NCBI GenBank assembly: GCA_036520715.1 | Contig: DATDJF010000353.1 | Location: 55 to 64,054 of the forward strand | Source: Burkholderiaceae bacterium | GTDB taxonomy: Bacteria > Pseudomonadota > Gammaproteobacteria > Burkholderiales > Burkholderiaceae_C | DNA length: 64,000 bases | Direction: 5' to 3' | Shown: one piece after another, positions 19,010-28,555 of the stretch | Position numbering within the stretch: the first letter of the stretch is position 1 | Layout of the letters: every line of letters starts with the position of its first letter | Position numbers and translations under genes: made by a program | The notes under the pieces: generated by a model | Told to the model about the DNA's origin: nothing | What the model saw: only the letters and a program-made list of their open reading frames with translations | The model's database searches: none

Positions 19010-19182
19010 CGCAGCGCTCCTGAGAATCTGACAACGAAGGATGGATTGTGCACACCGCCGCGTCAGCGAGTCGGCGCATCACTGACCATGCCGCTTCCGC
19101 GCAGGTGCTGCAGCAGCAGTGCCACGGGTCGGGTCGCGGGCGCGACATCGCCGAGCCCTGGCGGGCGGCGACAATCGTGCGC

Positions 19183-19851
19183 ATGGGCACGCTCTACCTC
19201 GTCCGCCACGGCCAGGCCTCGTTCGGCAGCGACGACTACGACCGCCTGAGCGAGCTCGGCGCGCGCCAGTGCGAGCGGCTGGGCGACTACTTCCGCGCGC
19301 GCGACGTGCGCTTCGACGGCGTGATCACCGGCACGCTGAAGCGCCACGCGCAATCGTTCGAGGCGCTGCAACGGGGCCTGCGCACGCAGCACGAGCCGCT
19401 CGCGATGCCGGGCCTGAACGAGTACGACAGCGAGGCCGTCGTGCGGGCGATTCACCCGCAGCCGCTCGAGCGTGCGCGCAGCCCCGAGCAGGTGCGGCAG
19501 CACTTTCGCATCCTGCGCGAAGGCCTGATCGCCTGGATGGAGGGCCGCACGTCACCCGAGGGCATGCCGGCCTTCGAGCGCTTTGCAAGTGCCATCGTCG
19601 AGGCGCTCGACCACGTGCGCACGCGCCACAGCGGCGACGTGCTGATGGTCTCCAGCGGCGGGCCGATTTCGGTGGCCGTGGCTCACGTGCTCGGTGCCCC
19701 GCCGCAGACGGCGGTGGAGCTCAACCTGCGCATGCGCAACAGCGCGGTCACCGAGTTCGGATTCACGCCCAAGCGCCACTCGCTGATCACCTTCAACACG
19801 CTGCCGCACCTCGAAGGCGCCGACTACACCGGCTGGGTCACGCACACCTGA
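19183..19851 (+). CDS. histidine phosphatase (phosphoglycerate-mutase-like) family protein
   Basis: LVRHGQASFG RHG motif at the N-terminus. The start is Met46 of ORF 19048..19851. Confidence 0.8.
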   Translation: MGTLYLVRHGQASFGSDDYDRLSELGARQCERLGDYFRARDVRFDGVITGTLKRHAQSFEALQRGLRTQHEPLAMPGLNEYDSEAVVRAIHPQPLERARSPEQVRQHFRILREGLIAWMEGRTSPEGMPAFERFASAIVEALDHVRTRHSGDVLMVSSGGPISVAVAHVLGAPPQTAVELNLRMRNSAVTEFGFTPKRHSLITFNTLPHLEGADYTGWVTHT

Positions 19852-19858
19852 GCGAACC

Positions 19859-19882
19859 ACGGGCACGCGCTCGCGTGCCCGT
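19859..19882. terminator. GC-rich hairpin between convergent genes
   Basis: ACGGGCACGCG ct CGCGTGCCCGT form 11-nt inverted arms. There is no T-tract. Confidence 0.45.
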
Positions 19883-19902
19883 CGGCCGCCGCAGCGGACG
19901 GA

Positions 19903-22092
19903 CTAGACCAGCTTCACGTGCTTCAGCGGCAGGCTGCGCACCGGCTTGCCGGTGGCGGCATGGATCGCATTGAGCACGCAGGGCGCCACCACGCAGATCG
20001 TCGGCTCGCCGACGCCGCCCCAGAAGTCGTGCGACGGCACGACCACCGTCTCGACCTTCGGGAACTCGGCCAGCTTGAGGATCGGGTAGTTGTGGAAGTT
20101 CAGCTCGTTGACGCGGCCCTTGTCGATCGTGATCTCGCCGTGCAGCGCGGCCGACAGGCCATAAGCGACCGAACCCTCCACCTGCGCGGCGACCTGGTCG
20201 GGGTTGACCACGTGGCCGCAATCGAGCGCCAGCACCATGCGGTGCACGCGCAATTCGCCCTTCGCACTCACCGACACCTCGGCCACCGCAGCGGAGTAGC
20301 TGCCGTAACCCATGAACTGCGCGATGCCGCGAAACACCCCGGCCGGCAGCGGCGTGCCCCAGCCGGCGCGCTCGGCCGCGGCATCGAGCACCGCCAGGTG
20401 CTTGGGGTGCTTATGCATCAGCGCGCGCCGAAACGCCAGCGGGTCGGCTCCCGCCGCGCGCGCCACCTCGTCGATGAAGCACTCCATGTAGACGCCGTTC
20501 TGATTGGTGTTGACGCCCCGCCACGGCCCCACCGGCACGTGGGTGTTGCGCATCGCGTACTCGACCAGCAGGTTGGGCACCGTGTAGCCGAGCTGCGCAT
20601 CGCCCGCCTCGGCCCACCAGCCTTGGGTCTGCCGGCGGTCCTTGCCCTCGAGCACCGTCTGCGGCGCCACGTAGGCATTGATCGACTGGCCCGACAGCCG
20701 CACGTGCAGGCCCACCAGTGCGCCGTTGGCATCGAGCCCGGCGCTCAGCTTGCACACCGAGATCGGCCGGTAGAAGTCGTGCGCCTGATCCTCTTCGCGG
20801 CTCCACAGCATCTTGACCGGCACGCCCGGAAACTGCTTGGCGATCAACACCGCCTGGCGCACGTAGTCCTGGTTGCCGCCACGGCGGCCGAAGCCGCCGC
20901 CGAGGTCGAGCCGGTGCACGCTGCATTGCGACAGGGGCAGGCCCGACTGCTCCGACAACGCGGCATGCGAGGCCTCGGCGTTCTGCGTCGGCACCCAGAT
21001 CTCGGCGGAGTCGGCGTTGATGCGCGCCGTGCAGTTCATCGGCTCCATCGTCGCGTGCGCGAGGAACGGCGTCGCGTAGGTCGCTTCCACCTTCCTGGCG
21101 GCGCCGGCGATGGCCTTCAGTGCATCGCCTTCGTTGCGCTGCGCGAACGCGTTGCTCGCGGTGAGCCCATCGTTGAGGTGCTGCGCGATCGACGCACTGT
21201 TCTGCGGCGCGCCGGCGCCTTCGTCCCACTGAATCGGCAATGCGTCGAGCGCGCTCTTGGCGTGCCACCAGGTGTCGGCCACCACCGCCACCGTGCTGTC
21301 GTTGACGCGCACCGCGCCCTTCACGCCAGGCCGGCCGGCGATGGCGGCGTTGTCGAAGCTCACCAGCTTGCCGCCGAACACCGGGCACGACTTGATCGCC
21401 GCGTTGAGCATGCCGGGCACGCGCACGTCGATCGCGTAGCGCTTGCTGCCGTCGAGCTTGTCGCCAGTGTCCAGGCGCTTCATCGGCTTGCCGGCCACCT
21501 TCCAGGTCTTGGGGTCCTTCAGCACGATGGTCTTGCTGTCGGGCGGCGGCAGCTTGGCGGCCGCGGCGGCCACCTTGCCGTAGCTGATGCTGCGCCCGGA
21601 GGGCCCGTGCGTGATCACGCCACTGGCCACACGCAATTCCGCCACCGGCACCTGCCACTCGTTGGCCGCCGCCTGCAGCAGCATCAGGCGCGCCGCCGCG
21701 CCGCCGCGACGCACATAGTCGTGCGACGTGCGGATGCCGCGGCTGCCGCCGGTGCCCATCTCGCCCCACGCGCGCTTGGCGGCAAAGTTGGCCTGCGGCG
21801 AGATCTGCTCGGTGCTGACCTTGGACCAGTCGCACTCCAGCTCTTCGACCACCAGCTGCGCGAGCCCGGTGAGCGTGCCCTGCCCCATCTCCGAGCGCGC
21901 GATGCGGATCACGCAGCGCTCGTCGGGCCGCACCACGACCCACACGTTGAGCTCGCTGCCTTCAGCGGCCGCCTGGGCGCCGGCGTCGAACGGCGCTGCC
22001 CAGCCGAGCGCCAGGCCGCCAGCGACGGCGCCGGAGGTGACGATGAACTCGCGGCGCGACGGATCGTTCACTTGCAATGACGGTGTGTTCAT
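19903..22092 (-). CDS. molybdopterin-binding subunit of an aldehyde/isoquinoline oxidoreductase-type enzyme (xanthine dehydrogenase family)
   Basis: 729 aa. It has a Tat-like leader ([19 protein letters not shown]) and IorB-like architecture. It sits directly downstream of a 2Fe-2S subunit gene. Confidence 0.85.
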   Translation of the reverse strand: MNTPSLQVNDPSRREFIVTSGAVAGGLALGWAAPFDAGAQAAAEGSELNVWVVVRPDERCVIRIARSEMGQGTLTGLAQLVVEELECDWSKVSTEQISPQANFAAKRAWGEMGTGGSRGIRTSHDYVRRGGAAARLMLLQAAANEWQVPVAELRVASGVITHGPSGRSISYGKVAAAAAKLPPPDSKTIVLKDPKTWKVAGKPMKRLDTGDKLDGSKRYAIDVRVPGMLNAAIKSCPVFGGKLVSFDNAAIAGRPGVKGAVRVNDSTVAVVADTWWHAKSALDALPIQWDEGAGAPQNSASIAQHLNDGLTASNAFAQRNEGDALKAIAGAARKVEATYATPFLAHATMEPMNCTARINADSAEIWVPTQNAEASHAALSEQSGLPLSQCSVHRLDLGGGFGRRGGNQDYVRQAVLIAKQFPGVPVKMLWSREEDQAHDFYRPISVCKLSAGLDANGALVGLHVRLSGQSINAYVAPQTVLEGKDRRQTQGWWAEAGDAQLGYTVPNLLVEYAMRNTHVPVGPWRGVNTNQNGVYMECFIDEVARAAGADPLAFRRALMHKHPKHLAVLDAAAERAGWGTPLPAGVFRGIAQFMGYGSYSAAVAEVSVSAKGELRVHRMVLALDCGHVVNPDQVAAQVEGSVAYGLSAALHGEITIDKGRVNELNFHNYPILKLAEFPKVETVVVPSHDFWGGVGEPTICVVAPCVLNAIHAATGKPVRSLPLKHVKLV

Positions 22093-22102
22093 CGCGCGCT
22101 CC

Positions 22103-22612
22103 TCAAGCCTTGGCCACCTTGATGGCCGCCGCGCGGTGCACCGCCGCGCGTACGCGCTGATAGGTGCCGCAGCGGCAGATGTTGGTCATCGCGGCGTCGA
22201 TGTCGGCGTCGCTCGGCTTGTCGCTCCTGGCCAGCAAGGCCGCCGCCGCCATGATCTGCCCCGACTGGCAGTAGCCGCATTGCGGCACGTCGAGCTCGGC
22301 CCAGGCGCGCTGCACCGGATGCGAGCGCTCGCGCGACAGGCCCTCGATGGTGACGATGCGGTCGCTGGCAGCCACGCTGCCCACCGGCACCGCACACGAA
22401 CGCCGCAGCTCGCCGTTGATGTGCACCGAGCAGGCGCCGCACTGCGCGATGCCGCAGCCGTACTTGGTGCCGGTGAGGTCGAGCTGCTCGCGCAACACCC
22501 ACAGCAGCGGCGTATCGGCCTCGACCGCCACCTCGAGCGCCTGACCATTGACGTTGAGCTTTGCCACGCCAGTCTCCGCAATCCGCAAACGCGGGATCGC
22601 AGTCTGATCCAT
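22103..22612 (-). CDS. (2Fe-2S)-binding small subunit of the oxidoreductase
   Basis: [12 protein letters not shown] and [10 protein letters not shown] cysteine clusters. Confidence 0.85.
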   Translation of the reverse strand: MDQTAIPRLRIAETGVAKLNVNGQALEVAVEADTPLLWVLREQLDLTGTKYGCGIAQCGACSVHINGELRRSCAVPVGSVAASDRIVTIEGLSRERSHPVQRAWAELDVPQCGYCQSGQIMAAAALLARSDKPSDADIDAAMTNICRCGTYQRVRAAVHRAAAIKVAKA

Positions 22613-22661
22613 GACACGGGCGGTGGCAACCGTGCCCGCCGCCCAGTGGCGCGACGCGGGA

Positions 22662-25328
22662 TCAGGCCTTGTGCGTGCGCAGCAGCTCGGCGAAGTCGGC
22701 GGCCGACACCGGCTTGCTGAAGTAGAAGCCCTGCATCTGGTCGCACGCGCGCTCGCGCAGGAACTCCTGCTGCTCGAGCGTTTCCACGCCCTCGGCCACC
22801 ACCGTGAGGCTCAACGTCTTGCCCATCGCGATGATGGCCTCGGCGATCGCCTTGTCCTCGCTGTCGGCGGGCAGCTCGCGGATGAACGAACGGTCGACCT
22901 TCAGCGTGTCGATCGGGAAACGCTTCAACTGCGCCAGCGACGAGTAGCCGGTGCCGAAGTCGTCGATCGCCAGCTGCACGCCCATGTCCTTGAGCGCGCA
23001 CAGCACCTCCAGCGCGCGCTCGACGTTGTGCATCACCGAGCTTTCGGTGACCTCGAGCTCCAGCAGGTCGGGCTTCAGGCCGGTGTCGGCGAGCACGTCG
23101 CGCACGGCGGCCAGCAGCTCGGGATCGTTGAGCTGGCGCGGCGACAGGTTGACCGACACGCGCACCGGCGGCAGGCCCGCGCGCTGCCACTGCATGCTTT
23201 GCACGCACGCGGTGCGCAACACCCACTTGCCGATGGCCAGGATGAGGCCGGTCTCCTCGGCCACCGGGATGAACTTGGCCGGCGACACCGCGCCCAGCTC
23301 CGGGCTGTTCCAGCGCAGCAGCGCTTCGACACCCGAGATCGAGTTGCGCGCCAGGTCGAGCTTGGCCTGGTAGTGCAGCGACAGCTCGTCGCGCTCGATC
23401 GCGCGGCGCAGCTTGCTCTCCAGCGTCAGGCGCTCGAGCGACAGCGTCTCGAGCCGGCCGTCGTAGAACTGGAAGTTGTTCTTGCCCTCTTCCTTGGCGT
23501 GGTACATCGCGAGGTCGGCATGCGTCATCAGCGACGCCTCTTCGAGCGCATCGTCGGGGAACACCGAGATGCCGATGCTCGCGGTGACGCGGCACTCCTG
23601 GCCGTTGAGCTCGATCGGCTTGATCACCGCCGACAGCAGCTTGCGCGCGATGACGCCGGCCTGCTCGCTGTTGTGGAGGTCCTGCAGCAGCATCACGAAC
23701 TCGTCGCCGCCCAGCCGCGCGACGATGTCGCTGGCGCGCAGGCTGTCCTTCAGACGGCGGGCGACCTCGCGCAGCAGCGCGTCGCCGGCCTCGTGGCCCA
23801 GGCTGTCGTTGATGAACTTGAAGCGGTCGAGGTCGATGAACAGCACCGCGAACTTGCGCTGGTTGCGGCGCGACAGCGCCAGCACATGGTTGAGCAGCTC
23901 GCCGAACATCACGCGGTTGGGCAGCCCGGTCAGGCTGTCGTGCGTGGCCAGGTACTGGATGCGCTCCTCGGCCTGCTTGCGCGGCGTGATGTCGCGCGAC
24001 ACGCCGCGGTAGCCCGCAAAGCGGCCGGCCTCGTCGAGCAGCGGCTCGCCGCTGGCGCAGATGTGGCGGCGCTGGCCCTGCTTGCTGGTGTAGGCGAACT
24101 CGAAGTCGCGGAACGCCTCGCGCCGCTCGAGCCGCCCGCGCATGTCGGCCCAGTCGATGTCGCTCTCGGCGCCGGGCAGGTCCCAGGCCAGGCGGCCGCG
24201 CAGGAGCTGCTCGGTGTCGCCCATGCCGCGGCCGCCGAACACGGTGTAGCGCAGGTCGGCGTCGATCTCCCAGTACCAGTCGGACGACAGTTCCACCAGG
24301 CTGCGAAAGCGCTGCTCGCTGCGCTGCACGGCGAGCTCGGCCGCCTTGCGCGCCGAGATGTCCTGGATGATCGAGATGTCGTTGCCGGCGCGGCCGGCGC
24401 TGTCACGCGGCACCGAGATCGTGATCTGCACCCAGACGGTGGTGCCGTCCTTGCGCAGATAACGCTTCTCGAGCTGGAACGAATCGATCTCGCCGGCGCG
24501 AAGCTGGGCGCGCACCTTGTCGGTGACGTTCTTGTCGTCGGGGTGCGACACCTGCTTGACCGTCATGCGCAGCAGCTCTTCGCGGCTGTAGCCCAGCAGG
24601 TCGCACATCCAGCGGTTGACGTGCACGTAGCGGCCGGCTTCGTTGACGTGCGCGATGCCGATGGCGGCCAGCTCGATGGTGTCGGCGTGGCGCCGTTCGC
24701 TCTCGCGCAGTTGCGCCTGCGCCTGTGCGCGCAGGTAGAACTGGCCGATCTGGCTGCCGATATAGCGCGTGCAATCGAGCAGCGCCGCATCGGGCTCCGC
24801 GGTCTCGTGGCTGAAGAACTCCACCGCGCCCAGCACACGGCCCGCGGCGGTGATGGGGAACGCGAAGGCGCTGTGCAGGTTGGCGCGCCCCGCCAAGGTC
24901 GAACGCAGGAAGCTCGGCTCCGCAGCCACGTCGCGCAGCCACACCGGCTCGCCCGACTGCATGGCGCGGCGCACCAGGCCACCGCCCTCGCTGCTGGAGG
25001 GCCGGATCGCCCGCGTGGCCTTGAGAAAGGCGTCGATCGCCGCGCCGCCGCGGCCCCAACTGCCCACGCAGCCCAGCGTGCCGGTCGACGAGTCCTCGGT
25101 CCAGCAGGCGCCGCAGGCCCAGCCCAGCTCCTCGCAGACGGCCTGCACGATGAGCGGTGCCGCCTGTTGAAGGCCCGACGAACGTGACAAAGCGCCGGTC
25201 ACGCCATGCTCGATGACCAGCCGCTGCGCAGTGCGCGAACGGTCGCGTTGTCCCGCGGTCATGCCGAGCGCAGGGTCGTAGGTTCCGAGCTCGGCCAGGA
25301 CCGACTCGCTGGGTGTGATCTCTCGCAT
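22662..25328 (-). CDS. GAF/PAS sensor diguanylate cyclase-phosphodiesterase (GGDEF-EAL)
   Basis: Intact GGDEF ([11 protein letters not shown]) and EAL (GVEALLRW), plus DDFGTGYSS. The upstream region is GAF- and PAS-like. Confidence 0.85.
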   Translation of the reverse strand: MREITPSESVLAELGTYDPALGMTAGQRDRSRTAQRLVIEHGVTGALSRSSGLQQAAPLIVQAVCEELGWACGACWTEDSSTGTLGCVGSWGRGGAAIDAFLKATRAIRPSSSEGGGLVRRAMQSGEPVWLRDVAAEPSFLRSTLAGRANLHSAFAFPITAAGRVLGAVEFFSHETAEPDAALLDCTRYIGSQIGQFYLRAQAQAQLRESERRHADTIELAAIGIAHVNEAGRYVHVNRWMCDLLGYSREELLRMTVKQVSHPDDKNVTDKVRAQLRAGEIDSFQLEKRYLRKDGTTVWVQITISVPRDSAGRAGNDISIIQDISARKAAELAVQRSEQRFRSLVELSSDWYWEIDADLRYTVFGGRGMGDTEQLLRGRLAWDLPGAESDIDWADMRGRLERREAFRDFEFAYTSKQGQRRHICASGEPLLDEAGRFAGYRGVSRDITPRKQAEERIQYLATHDSLTGLPNRVMFGELLNHVLALSRRNQRKFAVLFIDLDRFKFINDSLGHEAGDALLREVARRLKDSLRASDIVARLGGDEFVMLLQDLHNSEQAGVIARKLLSAVIKPIELNGQECRVTASIGISVFPDDALEEASLMTHADLAMYHAKEEGKNNFQFYDGRLETLSLERLTLESKLRRAIERDELSLHYQAKLDLARNSISGVEALLRWNSPELGAVSPAKFIPVAEETGLILAIGKWVLRTACVQSMQWQRAGLPPVRVSVNLSPRQLNDPELLAAVRDVLADTGLKPDLLELEVTESSVMHNVERALEVLCALKDMGVQLAIDDFGTGYSSLAQLKRFPIDTLKVDRSFIRELPADSEDKAIAEAIIAMGKTLSLTVVAEGVETLEQQEFLRERACDQMQGFYFSKPVSAADFAELLRTHKA

Positions 25329-25472
25329 GCCCGCTCACCAGGGTGGATGCTCGGATATCGGCAGCGAGGGCCCCGGCTTGAGGGGCGAGCAGCGCGCGCC
25401 ACTCGCCGAATGCGGCGAATCCGACCGCGGGCCGCAGGTGACCGCTGGCTATAATTCGCGCCCTTGCGCCGT

Positions 25473-25548
25473 GCCGGTGTAGCTCAGTTGGTAGAGCAGC
25501 GCATTCGTAATGCGAAGGTCGACAGTTCGAGTCCGTCCATCGGCACCA
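25473..25548 (+). tRNA. tRNA-Thr (anticodon CGT)
   Basis: 76 nt with a 7-bp acceptor stem (one G-U), anticodon loop TTCGTAA, T-arm GGTTCGAGTCC-type sequence and encoded CCA. The central region matches my recollection of E. coli tRNA-Thr(CGU). A TATAAT lies at 25450-25455. Confidence 0.9.
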
Positions 25549-25596
25549 GGAGTTCAAGGCTGTTCGCAGTAGCGATCACTAACCAAGCCGCTCGCG

Positions 25597-25677
25597 GAAG
25601 TGCACAGGAAGTGCCGCTGCCAGCTAGCGCAGCACCCCGTGTGTACTAGCCCCTAGGCGCCCCGCACTGCACTTCCA
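25597..25677. repeat. cluster of three GGAAGTGC octamers (two direct, one inverted)
   Basis: GGAAGTGC occurs at 25597-25604 and 25608-25615. Its complement GCACTTCC occurs at 25670-25677. The cluster begins about 50 nt 3' of the tRNA. Confidence 0.5.
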
Positions 25678-25800
25678 GCTACGCGCACAGCAGCGCGTGC
25701 CGACGGACGCAGCATGCATGCGATCCTGTGTGTGGAAACGGCCCCCGGAGCGGAGGGCCGTCGTCGAGGCTTCGGTAACGGCAGGCTCGCACCGCGTCCA

Positions 25801-26073
25801 TCACCTCCGGCGTAACGGGATGATCCAACTCAAGCGAGGCTTCGCGAAGCCCCACACAGCGAGCTGCCACAGCAGGTAGAGCACGCTGACTGCGCCCACG
25901 AGCAGCACGCCCAGCATGCGTTGCAGCCATATGGGCACCTGCGCCTGCAGCAGTACCGGAATCTGTTTCGCGAAGCCGTTATCGCTTTTGACGCCGGCGT
26001 TCACGCGGTCCGCTGTGAGAGGCGGAAAGTACGCGCGACGGCTCGACGAGCAGCTACGGCGAGACCTCGACAT
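25801..26073 (-). CDS. hypothetical membrane-protein fragment
   Basis: About 80% G/C at third codon positions and a hydrophobic stretch MLGVLLVGAVSVLYLLWQLAVWGF. There is no recognisable family, and it may be a remnant. Confidence 0.3.
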   Translation of the reverse strand: MSRSRRSCSSSRRAYFPPLTADRVNAGVKSDNGFAKQIPVLLQAQVPIWLQRMLGVLLVGAVSVLYLLWQLAVWGFAKPRLSWIIPLRRR

Positions 26074-26087
26074 TCTTCGCCTGCTTG

Positions 26088-26297
26088 ATGCCCTACCAAG
26101 GCGGCTACAGTCTCAACATCTACACGACGTTCACCAAGGTGTCGGGAAGCGTCAGCGCCGCCACGATGGGTGCCACGCTCATGCGCCCGTTCGTCGGCGA
26201 TTCGAGCCAATTCATTCCGCGCGCGATCGAGCAGATCGTCCAGGGCGTCCAGCAGGCTGGTGGCACGGTGACGCTGGTGGAGGCATACCCATCATGA
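26088..26297 (+). CDS. hypothetical small protein (about 69 aa)
   Basis: Strong G/C bias at third positions. The stop overlaps the next ATG (ATGA). Confidence 0.3.
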   Translation: MPYQGGYSLNIYTTFTKVSGSVSAATMGATLMRPFVGDSSQFIPRAIEQIVQGVQQAGGTVTLVEAYPS

Positions 26298-26533
26298 GTA
26301 GCTCGCGGGCACGTCGCCTTCAGGGCTCCGGTAAAAACCTTCCCATGACCGTCCTCCCAGAGCCGAATGTCTTGCGCGATCGCGACGGGCGGGAAGTGGT
26401 CATCTTCACCACGCCCGCAGGTGTCACCGGCACCGTTGACACCTCGATTTCGCCTGAGGCGCTGGACGCCATGGCGCGTGGCCTGCGTCGGAGCTTGCGG
26501 CGGCGCGGTATCCACATACCCGCTGATCGCTGA
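26294..26533 (+). CDS. hypothetical small protein (about 79 aa)
   Basis: Moderate third-position G/C bias. It is translationally coupled to the preceding small ORF. An alternative start lies at MTVLPEPN. Confidence 0.3.
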   Translation: MSSSRARRLQGSGKNLPMTVLPEPNVLRDRDGREVVIFTTPAGVTGTVDTSISPEALDAMARGLRRSLRRRGIHIPADR

Positions 26534-27217
26534 AGTTACGACACATCTGGGTAGTCTTGAGAAGCCGAACTCGAACTTGTTCTTCGGACTCACCTGGCGC
26601 AGCCACTCGAAGTTTCGAACGGATGGAATTGAGGTCAGGACCTGTGCCGCCTACAGGAACGAGCTCTCCGACTCCGACCCTGAAGAGATGTTAGGCGTCG
26701 GCGATCCGGAACTACACCCCTTGGTTCTTGCCGATCTGCCGATCGAGTTCGCCGCGCTCGTTGGCGTACTCGGTTGCTCGTCGCTTGGTCCATGCGGCCG
26801 ACGCGGAATCGTTCGTGCCGGGATGGTGCTCAGGCGAGAGCCACTCTAGCGGCGTCCACGGGGACGCGAGCTATGAAGGTGGCGCCGGTAAAAGGACAGA
26901 CTGCAGATCTACCGGCGGGCTTGTGTCGGCGGTGTTGACCGGATGGGAACGCCAGCTGCGAAGGGACTCTTCCACAAAGCCATCGTTCAAAGCCCGACAC
27001 GCTGCTGTCGGTCACGCGCAGCGTGCTGGCATTCGAGCAGCGGCTCGGCGGCGCGCCGCGCCAGGAGGCTGCGCGATGAGCATCGCCGCGCTCCTTTGAC
27101 GTCCCTGTTCCGGACAGCGCCGATGTAAGGCGATGCCGCCCGCGCCGACTGACGCTTGGCCACCCTTTCGTGGTGGCTGACGCCAACCGCATTGACCCCA
27201 GCATTGGAGACGACCGA

Positions 27218-27469
27218 ATGAAGACCCTGAAATCCCTGCTTGCGATCGCGATCGTGGGCGCTTCGCTCAGCGCATCTGCAGCCAGCGCGACCTACATGCC
27301 CGAGATAAAGAAGGTGGACACCGTCCTGAAGAGTGGCACCTACACGCCCAGCACGACCGACGAGGCGCGCCGCCTGCGTGGCGACATCGAACGCATGATG
27401 AAAGAAGACCGCGAGGCCGAGGCGATGAAGCTCCTTGAGCAGGTGAAGCAGTTGCTCAACATCAGGTAG
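27218..27469 (+). CDS. small secreted protein (hypothetical)
   Basis: Signal peptide MKTLKSLLAIAIVGASLSASAASA followed by a charged helical region. Codon bias is good. Confidence 0.55.
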   Translation: MKTLKSLLAIAIVGASLSASAASATYMPEIKKVDTVLKSGTYTPSTTDEARRLRGDIERMMKEDREAEAMKLLEQVKQLLNIR

Positions 27470-27602
27470 CGCGGCGCGAGAAGCGATCGCAACCCGATCC
27501 ACCGGCGCGCGGGCCATGTGTGGCGCGTGTGATTCGTCGCCGGCAATCGATCCACCTCATGCTCTCGTTGCGCTGCGCTCGAGCATCCGGTTGATCCCGG
27601 CC

Positions 27603-28514
27603 TCAGAGTTCGCGCAGAATCCGCTGGCGCTTCTCCTGGTATTCCGCCTCGGAGACCAGCCCGTCTTTGCGCAACTTCTCGAGCGCGCGCAGGCGCTCCG
27701 CGGTGCTGCGGTACAGCTCGTCGGCGTCCTTGGCTACCGGGGCGGGCGCCGCGGTGGGTGCGCTGGGCTTGGCAGCGCTGGCTGCGCCGGAGCCAACGGC
27801 CGCTGCGGTCGGTGCCACGGCCGGCGTCGCAGCGGCCGGTGTTGCGGCGGCAGCGGGCGCTGCCGCCACAGTGCTGGTGCTCAGTGCGATCCAGTCATCG
27901 CGCGCTTGGCTGCCGCCGCCCGGTGCCACGGCGAGCTTGGTGCCGCGCTCGACCGGCTGGGCACGTTGACCCGGCTCGAACGCGATCAAGAGGCCGCTGC
28001 CGCGGAATTGCGATTCGAAGTCGCGACGCACCAGGCCGGTGATCACCTGCAGTTGCCCGTCGCGGTGGAACACGCGTGCCGTGGTCACCGAGCGCGGAGC
28101 CAGCGGCCCGAACAAGCCGAATCGGTCGCTCACCGCAAAGCTGACGTCCTGCTCGGCGTTCGCTCGGCCCAATGCCGTGGCCAGCGGGGCAGTGATTTCG
28201 TCGAGCTGCTTGGCAGAGAACAGCGGTTCGGCCTTGGCGTTGACCAGTTGCAGGCGTTCGAGCATGGTGCGCAGCGTGGCTGGGGCGACTTCGAACGGGT
28301 GCTGGTTGAGTGCGGCTCCGTTTTCGCGCGTCTCGATGCGCACCCAGCTGAAGCTGCCTTCGTAGACGGTGGCCACCACACGACCGGCGGCCGAGTCCCG
28401 CAGGACCTGCACCGGTTGCCCGCGCGGCGCACCACCCAAGTCGGCTTGGGCGAATGCCGGGCTCAGGGCCAGCGACAGAACCGCGATCCATGCGCTGCGA
28501 GTCAGCCAGTTCAT
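27603..28514 (-). CDS. secreted protein with Ala/Pro-rich linker and C-terminal SHOCT domain
   Basis: Signal peptide MNWLTRSAWIAVLSLALSPAFAQA, then a domain of about 190 aa and an AAAPAAAATPAAATPAVAP linker. The C-terminus LRALEKLRKDGLVSEAEYQEKRQRILREL fits the SHOCT pattern. Confidence 0.65.
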   Translation of the reverse strand: MNWLTRSAWIAVLSLALSPAFAQADLGGAPRGQPVQVLRDSAAGRVVATVYEGSFSWVRIETRENGAALNQHPFEVAPATLRTMLERLQLVNAKAEPLFSAKQLDEITAPLATALGRANAEQDVSFAVSDRFGLFGPLAPRSVTTARVFHRDGQLQVITGLVRRDFESQFRGSGLLIAFEPGQRAQPVERGTKLAVAPGGGSQARDDWIALSTSTVAAAPAAAATPAAATPAVAPTAAAVGSGAASAAKPSAPTAAPAPVAKDADELYRSTAERLRALEKLRKDGLVSEAEYQEKRQRILREL

Positions 28515-28555
28515 CGTCTCTCCAGAAGCGTCCGAGGTTGCGATCATGCCTGCAG

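Noticed and set aside
22611-25187. An 858-aa plus-strand ORF opposite the GGDEF-EAL gene
   Set aside because: It is antisense to a protein with intact GGDEF, EAL, PAS and GAF signatures, and it contains no motifs of its own.
26120-26593. A 157-aa minus-strand ORF overlapping the small plus-strand ORF pair
   Set aside because: Its third-position bias and composition are less protein-like than the plus-strand frames. It runs antisense to them and has no motifs.
26987-27517. A 176-aa minus-strand ORF overlapping the small secreted-protein gene
   Set aside because: It is antisense to a frame with a clear signal peptide and good codon bias. Its translation is Arg/Ala/His-rich.
25549-28550. A search for an integrase, transposase, CRISPR repeats or phage genes next to tRNA-Thr
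   Set aside because: No ORF in any frame shows recombinase, transposase or Cas-like motifs that I can recognise, and no regularly spaced repeats are present. Only the short-ORF remnants reported above were found.
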